Notes under the pieces: generated by a model
What the model was told of the DNA's origin: nothing
Seen by the model: the letters and a program-made list of their open reading frames with translations, nothing else
The model's database searches: none
Program-made: the position numbers and the translations under genes
From: Trichosphaerium sp. ATCC 40318
Taxonomy: Eukaryota > Protista > Tubulinea
Assembly: GCA_038496445.1 (NCBI GenBank)
Contig: JALMLS010000271.1
Span: 145,883-209,882 of the forward strand
DNA: 64,000 nt
Direction of reading: 5' to 3'
Part shown: piece after piece, positions 39,706 through 53,839 of the stretch
Layout of the letters: every line of letters begins with the position of its first letter
Numbering within the stretch: the first letter of the stretch is position 1

Positions 39706-40070
39706 TAACGCCCTTCCGTTATGAATACAAGCAATATTCATATTCATTGTCCCGTAAGCCATATTCATTAATATTCATTCATGAATATTCATGGGCGTTT
39801 GGTGAGTCAGGATGTTGAGGAGCTTTGGTTTGTAGCACCTAGCAATGTTCCTAATGGATAGATTCAACAAGTTGCATTTGAAAACCGAATCGGAATAGTC
39901 AACAGAACACCAAAACCCACAAATCCAGTCAAAATCAGCCATCAAATTGCACAATTTTCTGCCGTTTACTGTGTGCATGAATAATGAATGAATTTTTTTA
40001 GTCGTGAATATTTGTGAATGTAGGCTGTATTTGAATATTCAAATTATTCATTCATAACGCAAGGGCGCTA
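39706..40070. mobile_element. 365-bp hAT-type MITE
   Basis: ~21-bp TIR TA(A/G)CGCCCTT(C/G)CGTTATGAAT, perfect 8-bp TSD GTATGTCT (39698-39705, 40071-40078), subterminal TATTCA/GAATATTC repeats. Confidence 0.92.
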
Positions 40071-40115
40071 GTATGTCTAATAACCCTTTTTTTTTTATTT
40101 ATTTGTAATCAAGCC

Positions 40116-43100
40116 TCAAAATGGGTTACTGCTATTAAATGCACCAGAGGCAGGAAGCGATAGCGCTGACTTCTTCTTACTAGGCGTTTTGTTCTTGTCG
40201 AATACACCTCTACCAAAGTATCGTGCAACCACTGAGAACCCATCCACTGCACCTTCCAACTAGACGTATAGGTTAGCTGGGCAACGACAAACGATCCAAG
40301 TGTGCCAATTCGTACCTGTCTAAAAAATGCATTGTTCTGCTGTGAACCCTCCAAGTACGCGTTCTCCATGTTTAATAAGTTGCCCAACTCCTTGTTGCAC
40401 TTTGGGCACTCCTCGCCCTCTCCAAGGCATCGTTGACAGTATGAGTTGCCACAAGCACAATGAAGCGCAGGTAGATCAAGTACGAGTCCACAATTAGTGC
40501 AATTTCTGCTTTGGAAAACTACAACACTAAAAAAAAACGATCGTTTAACAAACACTTCCTTCTAATAATGTTGACGCACCCTGTTGTCAGTTTCTTGACA
40601 GCTGCTCTGTTCTTCTCTGTTTCTTCCTTGGTTCTGATAATATTCCTGCAAGAGGGAGGCGGGGTTAGTCGCATTTGATCCAAAATCCTGAAAAGACAAA
40701 AGTATGTCTGTGTCTATTGTTACTCACCTCCTGTTTTCTTCAATCTTTCGTTGCTCACGTTGAAGGTTTCTTACAAGGTATTCTTTAATCAATCCCAGTG
40801 TTGCTGCTTCTGTTTTTGATAGCATCTGAATGACACGAAGAGGAGGTAGAATGTTATCATGCTCAATATCTAACATAGAACAATTCAGCAAAAAAAAAAA
40901 AGAGAATTCAATAAATTGATTGCAAAAAGACGGAGATTGTTGGTTTATACATACGTGTCAACACCTCGTGTATGTGTCCAGCAACTGCAGATCTCGTCGA
41001 CTCATCACCTGTATAACGGGATGCAAAGTAATGTAATGCTCTAACCCAAAGGGATGGATCCTTGTCGCTACTCAATGGTCAAACAAACAAGGAGAAGCCG
41101 AAAATCGAATCCAATTCTTTTTTTTCTTCAAAAAAAAAAGCAAAACGTACCCGTTCTTCTTACAAGCCAACAATACGCGCGGCAAGTCGCTTTTGTCCAT
41201 GTAATAATGCAATACCTCACTATACATCTCCATGGCTTCATATAAGTACAATACACCTTCTTCGTACTCGGCTGCTTTGCATAGAATCAACGCTTGTCCT
41301 TTTGTGTACTCGCCGCTGCTGTCACTAGTCGAAACTGGTTAGTGATTTCAAATACCAGAGGGACGTGTATATCGCACGTCATGATGGCTATCGCCTTTTC
41401 TTGGAGCTTTGCACGTTCTTCTTCAAGCGCTCTATCTCCTGTGTCTGTTAAGCGTTGTCCACCAAGTGAGAGTGGTGCGTCTTGCTCTAGAGGCTTCAAG
41501 TAGAGCTGTAGCAATGTGTCATTGATCGTCTTTGTCTTTTTGTTGCTCTGTCTCATAAACTCCAAAAACTCGCGGAGGTACATTGGGTGGTTAACATAGA
41601 TCGGTATTAACTTTTCAGGAAGTGTCTATTGCGCGCAAGTAGCGGATTAGTGTTTACACATTCGAAGAGGAAAAAAAACACAAAAACAGGTTGGTGTGGG
41701 CGTTTACCTCCTTGTCGACTCCTTCGGCCTTTCCTCGTCTAGCAAATGGACCTTGGTTCTCTTCTTGCTTTTTCTGCTCTATTGTCTTTTCAGCTGGTAC
41801 GTAGTTGGTACAGAGATCCTTTAGAAGCTGTGTAGTCTCATCCGGTAAGTGTGTCACCAATGTCTTTCCGTATTTCAGCATACTCTCTGCTGTCTCTGCA
41901 AAAGGGAGCGTGCGTAGGTATTCTAGCGCTTCAGATGCTTTATTCAAATCCTACATGTTCTCATTAATCAAAACAACACAGAAACTGAAAAAAAAAAAAA
42001 AGTTGTAATTGCGAATAGAGCTGTGTACCTCAAGCAGAATCTTCAAGTACCAGTAGTTCTCGTTGTAACGACGAGCCAGATCAAGGGCGTGGTCATAGTA
42101 GCTGGCCTGTCTACATACAGTAATGGCTGTTTCAACATCAAAGCTAAGTCCTTGACTCTACAAACAAAGTACATGAGCAACAAACTACCAAGAAAAAAAC
42201 AGTCTATTACCTTGATGAAGTTGTCTAGCTTTTGAACGTCCTTTAGTTTCGTGTAACAATTCAATAATAATGTGGTGTGGTTTGCATTAGCTTTTTCAGC
42301 TTCGTGAAGCTTTTGCAAGTATGACGTGAGGTTGTGAATGCGTTGTGCATCCAAAAACTTTTTAATGACGTATGAAGGTTCTAGTCGTCCTATAGTGCGC
42401 ACATACTGCTGTATAGCGCCATCGTAGTCTCCTTTGCTGTATAGATGATCACCGTATATTCTAAAGATACCCATAACAGCCGTATTATCATAACCGCTAC
42501 TACGCGCAAGATCTATTGCTACAGTGTAAAGACGCTTTTTAAATAAGGTGTCTAGTTTGGTTTGAGAGTCTTTTTCAACCAATTTGTAAATCTAGAAATC
42601 AAAGAATCAGCCGACTACTCAAAAACTGCTTGTCTTTTTTTTTTTTTCGTACCTTTCCTGTGTTTGTTACAACAAAGAGGTAACCCCACTCCGAGACAAT
42701 GTCGAAAATATTCTCAAAGTTGGCAGAAGAGTACGCAATGAACTTGTTCTTCACGTCGTATATGGTCAGCGTATTGTATAAGTTGTTTCCAGTTGCTTGC
42801 TCTACGGATATGAGGTAGTTTTTGTGCCAAGATGTCACTACGCGTTGACCAGCAAAAGCTAAACAAGCACCACGACCAGATGCATTAACAAAGTACATGG
42901 CCTATGTCGTTATTACAAAGATGTAGCGGTAAATGGTGTAAGCTTTACTCACCTCTTTTCTACCAATTACAAATTCGAGCGGTTCGGTCTGCGTCAAGCA
43001 ACCGCAGTGTTGCTCGCATCCTAGACCATCCATCACTTCACCCTAATAATTGAGTAAACGCCAATTACCAATCATATTTCAGTAACGTACAGCATCTACG

Positions 43101-44163
43101 CCTGCTCTGTGTACGTAGTATATAGCGCAATTGAACGATGACGCCACGTAGAGGAGTTGACCGTTACGTGTCATTTGTCCAAAAGCAAGTTTGTTGATTG
43201 GATTCATTTCTTTTTCAACCTTTATAATATACCTGTTGGTAGCACTCTCACGCAATAAATCACCTAGAAAATTGTAAGTCTTTTTCTAGAAAACAAATAA
43301 TTTAATGTTGAAAATGTACAATTTTTGGAATCAACAAAAGATGGGTGTACGATCTACCAGACGTACCAGTGTATACCACTAAAGTGCCATCTACAAACCC
43401 GAGCGCTATAGCACTCAAATCCTTTGTTACAGCCATAGCAGTAGGCTGCATAAAGTGTTAAAGCGTATTCCCAAATAGATTGTTGATTTCGTGTCACTTT
43501 ATTCCGTACCATGTGTGCTACAGGCACCGGTATAAATCGCTCACGAGTTGGAACACGGTCTCCTTGTTCGAGTGTCTGCATCTTATCGCAGTTGTATATA
43601 CATATAGCTGGTTCTAGCCCTTCTTGAGCAAATCCAGCAGCAACCAATAAATTGCGGTCTTTTGCGATAACCAATCGCTCTGTACGCAAGGCAAAAGCGA
43701 TCCATTGTGCTTCAATGTCAAGGTCTCTGTTAAGCTGATAAATATTCCCTGCAATATCTAAAACGCGTAAGCGATGGTACTTCGTGGTATTTGAACGGTT
43801 TTTCGCGTTCAGGCGTCAAAAACATTTTGGATATTAACTAACGCCGTACCACCAAAGTATAGGTGCCCACCACCACTCGTAACACATGTGATGCTTTTAT
43901 CCTGAAATAAGCCGTGAGCGAAGTTACTCTTGTTGGTTGTACTAAAATTTAACAACGGTACAACCAGGCGCTATCAATTGGGTAATTGTATGCTTTTTTA
44001 ACACTTCTGGTGGTTTTTTTTGAATAACTTTCCGCTACAGTACGAATAGGTACCAGCAACGCGATAATAGAATACAGGTAGCGTGGGCGTGTGTACGTAC
44101 TTGTACTTGATTGTCGTCAACTGCTTGAGTATCAAAAAACACAAAGCGACGCCACTGGAACAT
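40116..44163 (-). CDS. VPS11: Vacuolar protein sorting 11 (HOPS/CORVET)
   Basis: MFQWRRFVFFD start; YGDHLYSKGDYDGAIQQYVRTIGRLEPSYVIKKFLDAQRIHNLTSYL, HTTLLLNCYTKLKD; C-terminal RING. Confidence 0.96.
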
Positions 44164-44406
44164 TCTTACAGCATATCACGTCTTATAATTTGATGTTATT
44201 GTTTCCACCTGAAAGGTTTGTCAACTTTTATTCAGTACAGACAAAATGCTTCACAAAACAAGCGCTTTGAATATTTCTGCTAGTTCTTACATACCACAAC
44301 GCATCAACATTGAGCATCACTGCCCGATTGGCAATTTTAGTTCACGTGCTCACAGCAAAGTTTAAACGCTTCGAGATAATACCAAAACTCGCTCAATACA
44401 AGCATC

Positions 44407-45739
44407 ATGGTGAAAATAATAAAGGGCAAGCTTGATGTTGCTGATACAATAACGGACGATAAATTTGTGGCAGATTATGTTAATTTACGCAAGCCAGTCG
44501 TTCTTACAGGTATCTCGTTGAATATTAAACGAATTACCATCTAACATTCCATAGGCATGACGAAACAGTGGCCAGGTACACGCAACATCAATAAAGAGAT
44601 GAAATAACGCCTAATAGCGTTAAAGAAGTGGACTGTAGATTATTTTAATGAAAAATACGGCAATCTAACAGTGCCTGTATGTAAGCTGCAAGGTATGCTA
44701 TCTAGCGCCAACACGCGTAACACAAGGATAGTTTCTTAACGTTCTCGTCTGCAGGCGGCCTGAGCCATCCACCCAACTACGAGATTAAGACAAAACTGTC
44801 AACATACTTGACGCTCATGCAACAGGTATGTACTGGCTCTGAGACAGTTGACGACTGATGATCCATTCCAACAGCAAGACGCGCACGCGTCCACCAGATC
44901 CATCCAAGACATGTCCGATAACAAAGAGCATATTGTGCAGTACCTCCAGCAGTGTCCTGTTAGCTACTTCAAAGGTAAAGTACAGTAACCGCCACAGCGC
45001 TCTCACCACTTAAATTTCCTTCCTTCTCGCTAGAAGAGGAGCCATGTGGATGTATTTGTTGTCCAGTCTGACGGCATGTTGTAGATATACAAAAGGATTA
45101 CACAATGCCTACACTGCTAGACAAAGCGCCTTACACAACTTTCGGATTGGTACGTTCTCTCCATCTCCTTGTAGCTGTCATTGTGGCACCTCCTCACTCA
45201 AAGAGGTGTAGAATACCATATTCATTGGTTCAACTCACACTAGGACCACACTACACTACGACAGACCACTAGTAGATAACTTGTATTGTCAGGTATGTTT
45301 GCTTTTTTACAAAGTTTCAACACGTGAGGCGTGATATCCACGTGTTTTTTTATACATTGTATTTAATTTATTGACTATTTTATTTTAGATTAGTGGCATC
45401 AAGCGCTTTAGAATGTGGCGACCAGCGCAGGGGCGTTACTTTTCTCCGTTTGGGTTTGACACAATGTATTGCCACGTCAGTAAGATACCGGAGCTAGATG
45501 CTAATGAGGCACAAGTCTTAAAAGACTTTCCAGACTTTGCAAAGGCCTCAGAACCTGACCTGGACATTCACCTGGAAGGTGGCGACATGATGTATATACC
45601 GAGGTACAGACCTAAACGTAACTATACCCAGTTCTATGATTACACCTCGTTCTTCCCTTTAACGATTCCGTACAGGGGATGGTGGCATCACGTGACACAT
45701 ATATCTCAGTCTATTTCAATGAACTTCTGGTACTACTAA
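44407..45739 (+). CDS. JmjC/cupin-8 2-oxoglutarate oxygenase (JMJD5-like family)
   Basis: RKPVVLTGMTKQWPALKKWT, FIGS..TTLHYD, NLYCQISGIKRF, LEGGDMMYIPRGWWHHV. Confidence 0.88.
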
Positions 45740-45930
45740 CACTCAAACCTACAACATGTAACAACCAGGAAATATAAAATGTGTTTTTAGCAGTAGTACA
45801 GTAAAAGGTTTTTTAGCTTGAGTATTTTATTTTCTTTTTATTTTGACACATTTCTTTTTATTTTATAATCTCTCGAGACTGGTCACTGAAAGTGAGGGTA
45901 ACTGCGAAAAAAATTGGCGAGATTGGCACG

Positions 45931-48900
45931 TTAGTATCTACCACGGCCCCTGCCACGACCTCTACCCCTAGAACCGCCTCTGCCACGACCTGGGCTTCTG
46001 CCACCACGACCTGGACTTCTACCGCCTCGACCGCCGCGACCACCACGACCGCCTCTACCCCGACTTGGGCTCCTATCACCATAGCCTCCATAGCCACCGC
46101 GACCGCCACGACCACCACGGCCGCCTCTTGAACCTCCGCGGCCACCACGACCACCACGATCACTACGGTTGTCGCGACTTCCTCCTCGGCCGCCACGTCC
46201 GCCTCTTGAACCTCCACGGCCACCTCTGGTAGAACTATCATCGCGTCCGCGTCCACGTCCTCGACCTCTGCCCCTGCCTCGGCCTCTTCCTCTGCTCTTG
46301 CCTCTGTTTGCTCTGCTTTGCCTCTCCTCTTTTATGACATCATCGACCCAGTTTGAGCTCTTAGATTTCTTAGGCATAGGCATATCCTCGTCAGAGTCGC
46401 TACGTTCCCGCAATCGTTTCCTTTTGCGCTGTGGCTCCTCATCCTCACTGTCATCAGCAACATCATCAACATGACCTAGACGCTCATTAGCTATTTTGTA
46501 CACAAGAGCACTATTTCTTACCATTGTCACGTGGTTGGTCATCGTCGTCATCATCATCATTGTCATCAATGTCCATTGCATCTTCAAGTTGCTTTTTCGG
46601 TTTTTTAGACTTCTTTTTCTTTTTGAGGGCTTTGTTTGTTTGTATCTTGCTCTCAAGTGTCTTCATGCTGACCATATTTGGTACAATACCCTTTAGTTTC
46701 TGTAGCTTCTGTAGATGTCTCTCTTTCTTGGCCCAGTCTTTATTAGAACCGCTAACAGCCAGACTAGGAGGAAAAGTGTCAACAAATACAAACGCATACA
46801 AGATTTGAACTTACTTTGAGTTGACACTGGACAGCAATTTCTCTTGTTCTTTCTCCAAAGCATCTTCGTCCATTTCAGCGCTATCGTTGAAAGCTCCCTG
46901 TAGTAGCCAGTTTTAGTGGAGACATGGATCGCAGTGGGGTTGGACGTACTTGTATTTCCATTGCTTTCTTTTCAGCATCAGTCTCCAGTACCTTAAAGTA
47001 TGTACTACACTTACGTATAAGCTTGTTGAGGAGAGCCAGTACTTGTGACTGCTCTATAGCAAGTTCAACCTAAGGACAATCAGTTTACGACAGCCCCAGT
47101 AAAGCAGGTGGAAATACGTACAGCAAGTTCCATTAAACGCTTCTTTTGGAAGCCCAAGCCACACAAGATCACTTTTTGTGCAGCGGATAGATCGTAGTCA
47201 GAAGGCCAAACACTATAGAACAAGATACGGTTAAAACAATTGGGATTCACAGAGGGGTTGTTCTGCTTCACGTACTATTCGAAGTACATCACGGCCAATC
47301 GCGGCAACAAGTCAATGACCACGTGGTAGTCCAACATGTTTTTAGCATAGCTCTCCAATCGCTTTACATCGTACACAGAGAAAGTTCTTGTAATCTCTTT
47401 GGTACCAACTACAAACAAAACGGGTGAGTATTTATCGAGGTCAGGAGGAGTTGAAGAAAAAAACTATTCAAGGAAGCACAGCACTTACGTTTCTTAACTG
47501 GCGTAGCTAATTTGCTCAAGTATATCTTTACAGCCAATTGAGAGTTCAAGGATCTGAATTCAAAGCCCATGAGATATGAGAAACGGCATTTGAAGTCTAA
47601 AAAAACGAAAATGTCAATACACGCTACACGAATGGAGCACCACGCACCTCTGGCAAAGTCCAAGAGCCATGTCTTTCTCATGGCGGATCTTGTGGATATT
47701 GCGCGATCCAAACCCTTTAGCATGATGCACGTGTGCTCGCCAGTGAGATCGTTCTATTTCGTAAAATGTCAGTGGTAATTTCTATGTGTTTTGTATACCT
47801 TTGAAAGTCTAATGTACACAGGTGTGAACCCATTTCCACTCCAGAAGCGGAAAAGACGATCTGTCAGACCGTATGAGACACCCAAGTAGTGCAAGTTCTC
47901 AGGTGGCCTCTTGTCTAGGCTGGTGAGGAGTGGTGGTAAATTTTTGCGAGGGACCAACGCTGATGACGCCTTGGATTTTTTCTTTTTCTTTGGCGCTTCC
48001 TCGTCCATGTTAGGCATTTTACCCTCGTAATACGTCATCAATTGGGACAATGCGCGACCGCCGTAGCCCATCTTTAAATATACATTAGAAAGACAATACA
48101 GCCACTTAGCTTCGTACCGATTGGTAGTCTGGGTGTACTGCTATACGAACAATTCTAACACCGCTCAATTGAGGAAAGTTTTCGTCTTGAAATTGTTGGC
48201 TAATTGTCCAAGGAATCAAATCGCCTACAAGAATAGGACCCCATCAATAAAGGTACGAGAATATAAAAAAAAGGAATGACAGTACCTGACATGCGCAAAG
48301 CACGTTTCCACGCGTCGACAACGGATTCTCTTGATATTTTACCTTCCAATGCGACCTGGTAAATAATGTGAGCCAAACGCGTGTTTTTTTTGTCCAAAAT
48401 TAGTTTTTAAGAAAGTGTACCTGCACTACTGCCAGAATTTCTGGTAATGCCTTGGATTCGAGGTCTAGAGGACCAAGCAATACAAACAAGTGATGAGCTG
48501 GCGCATCAGCCATCAACATGAGATCGTTTGGCGAATTTTTATAGTGAGAGGAGACGTAAAGAGCCATCATGCGCTGCAAGAACTCTTCGGAATGCTTGTG
48601 GAATGAAAACAGCGTGTCTCGGTTGACATAGTACAGTTGGCAATCTGATGGGTGTGGACAGCCTGATATGATAGGCTTAGCCACCGTTGCGTCCAAGCAA
48701 AGCGCTCTGTGAAGCCATTTTTCAACCTAAAAAAGAAATGAACAACAAACACACTCCTTCACTTTTTGAAGAAAGTAAGCGTACAGGATCACTTTTTCCG
48801 TAACGGATTGGTTCTTCCAACTTGATTTCCTTGAGCTTACTCTTGCTGATAGACTTTTCTGACTTTTCTCTGAGGTCCTTCAACAGCTTCAAGGACAAGG

Positions 48901-50753
48901 AACGACCAGTACCCTCGTAACCATTGACAGTAGACGATAGGAACACAAGGTACGGTCCAAGTAGCCTCTTCACTAAAGGCAGAGGGATAGCAGCTGCTTC
49001 GTCCACTACTAGAAGCTCTGCTTGTCCCAACTTGACATAGTCAGTAGGAGGGATGTACTACCAAGTTGTTAGTTTTTTGTTTCAAAAGCAAATTCATTCA
49101 AAAGAGGTAGGCCAGCAGTTACCTGAATTGTTTGTCTGTGTGATTTGTATATGTTAATGCGGACAACGCTATCAAGGTATTGAGGGTTAGTGCTCTTTAT
49201 AATCTCAAAATCGCTGTGTTCTGCATATCCCAAGGCTTTGAAGCCGACTACAATAAATTCGAAGAGCGTCTCAAGGTTAGATGGACTTGGAGAAGTAACA
49301 AAAATGTTAGAGTAGCCGAATGCGACAGCACTCGATATGGCCATGCCCAATGCAGCTGATTTACCACGTCCTGTGAAAAACCATATTTAATAAAACGAAA
49401 ATGAAATAGATGGAGATTAGAAGACGTACCACGCGCAGCCATGAGCGCCACAGTCGTACGAAGCGTTTTTTCAGAGATGGCATCTACGAATGTGATGATA
49501 GCCTTGGCTTGGTCTAATGTCCTAGCTTTTTCAACAATAGGACCAATAGGTTCTGTGTCCTTTAGCGATTTTTTAATTTCACGCAATTCAATATCAGCAG
49601 GAGATAAGTCTTGGCCCTATATCGAAGAATACTAGCTTTAGAAAAAGAAGAACAACAATAAATACAGTAATGCGTTGTTAGTGCGTACCGCCGTAGGTGC
49701 CAATGGTTCTATGGCTCTGACCAAGGACGACACTGGCAGAACATTGAGTTCGTCGTCCAACATGAGGCACGATTGACAGTGCGTCAATGACAACAAGAAC
49801 CGCTCATTGAATCTAGCCACTACGTTCTTGTGAGATGTGGTACGGTACCGAGAGTGTATATCCTAAAAGAACGCGTCAGCTGGGTGTGGGTAGGACAAGA
49901 ATAAAAATTATTTTGGAAAAAGAGAAACTTGTTTTTGGGATTGTACCATGGACATTGTGTACAACTGCTTTAGCGACTTCATTGAGTGAAGGAGGATGCA
50001 GACGATACCACCACCTTCTACAGTTTCTACAGTTCTGGCAAGCATGTTGGGCGTCAAAGCTTCAAAATCCTATTTGCAAGGGAACCGAATCAGACATTTT
50101 GGCACATGTCAAAAAATGAAAGGAAAGTGCTTTGACTTCAAAATCACGTGATGCGTACCTGTAATACGCACATGCCAAATGTTGTGCCGAGAATCTTATG
50201 CGTGTGTTTGTAGTAGCACCAGCGAACTTTTGTGGCAGCTATGAAGAGGTCGAAGGGAGAACTTTTGTCAGAAATATTGAACAGACCACGCTTTATCTTT
50301 GCGCGTATGCGTTGCATGTGCTTCTCACGATCGCTATTTATGGTCAGTATACACGTAGCTGGGCAGTAAAGGGCCACTAGACATCCGTATTTTAATCATT
50401 CAACATTTTAGCCGTGAATAAGCGTAAAAATAGGCTACTTGGTGCTAATTAACGCGTTTGAGCGTATACTTACGATGAGAAACCAAGTTTTGACTTGTAA
50501 CACCACAACACTGACGGTCTAGGGCCAACGCGTGCTTTTGATAATATATAGTGCAGAGTGATGGCCTTTTACGCGTGTTAGGCGATGTTGGCGAATTAAC
50601 AACTATTTCTCGCACCTGTTCTCGAGCATTGTCTCCAATAATAATCACAATGCTTCTGTGGCGTAGTTTTATATTGTTTTCTATCATTGTCTTGATTCTG
50701 TAGTCGATTTTTTTCTTGTAGCCATCAACAGGCGTGCCATCCTGCTCAGACAT
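45931..50753 (-). CDS. NAT10: RNA cytidine acetyltransferase NAT10/Kre33 with RGG-rich C-terminal tail
   Basis: KILGTTFGMCVLQDFEALTPN, AARGRGKSAALG, VDEAAAIPLP, GYEGTGRSL, SHYKNSPNDL, RIAVHPDYQSMGYG. Confidence 0.97.
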
Positions 50754-51427
50754 GGTTATAGTACGTAAAGCTACAGGAAATACGTGCGAAAGCTTAAGCA
50801 AAGAGCACTCTAGAAACACTGACTTAAACGGCACCAGAAACGTACGCTGAGTTAATAATACAAGCCACGTAGGTATACAAGATAAAGCGAACGTTGTTGC
50901 AATTTTTCTACTCTTGACATGTTTTTTTTTGTTGGTGGAGCTTGGCTTGTATCGGCTCACAGAAACAATGCCATAACACCTGAGCCTGCGTTTCTAAAAG
51001 CACGTGATAATGCAGTCCAAGAAGCCGTGTCAGGCTGCAACACATCAACTAAAGTGGTACAGTACACATTCCTCGTCGTTAAGTCTACAGACGCAAATAC
51101 GCTGCAGGTAGTTGTCAACACCGCATCTTATATCTACGAAGCGAAAAGTAATCTATTCGCTTTTTTTTTTTTGCAGCAGCACGAAACAATGTCAGAATGG
51201 ATTTGAATAAACCAAAATGATACAATAGCAACGAAAGTTTTTTTCTGCAAGATTATTTGTTTTATTGAAAGTCACTGAGAGGAATGTCCCAATCTTACAG
51301 GAGCTGAACTATGCTACAAGAGGGGGACTATCAAAAAGCAATGAGGAAATCAACTGGTAAAAGTGATTCCTCACACTTAAATAGTTGGTCGGGGCGGCGA
51401 GGCCAAAGGACCCCTTTTGTACGCCAC

Positions 51428-53446
<2,019 letters not shown>

Positions 53447-53839
53447 GTTGCAAGTGTTATTGGCTTGTTTAAATTTTTTTTTTAAGGGAGGCATATTATT
53501 CGTTTAAGTTGACAACTCACAGCAAGAGACAGCCACGTGTGGCATCGCGTACTAGCGGGCGTGAATTTTATAGGTTTTTTTTTACAGTTTGGTTAATATT
53601 ACAGTGCGTCACTTTTCATGAGCAATCCAGCGGTCTGCTTTACGGTAATATTTACAACTCCGTGTTTGTGCAGTACTGCCCAAGCGCGTTCACCAAAATG
53701 ATCGCGCGTTATTCTACATCGTAGTGTCCGATTCACGTAAGTGTTGTAAGGCGTTTTCGGGGCTCTATAAGATACATAAAACGCAATTCGCTCTCGAAGG
53801 TGTACACAACGTTACAATGCGTCGTATGAGCTAATCAAC

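Noticed and set aside
45858-46474. Val/Ala-, Thr- and Pro/Arg-rich ORFs
   Set aside because: Alternative-frame and antisense shadows of the NAT10 RGG repeat.
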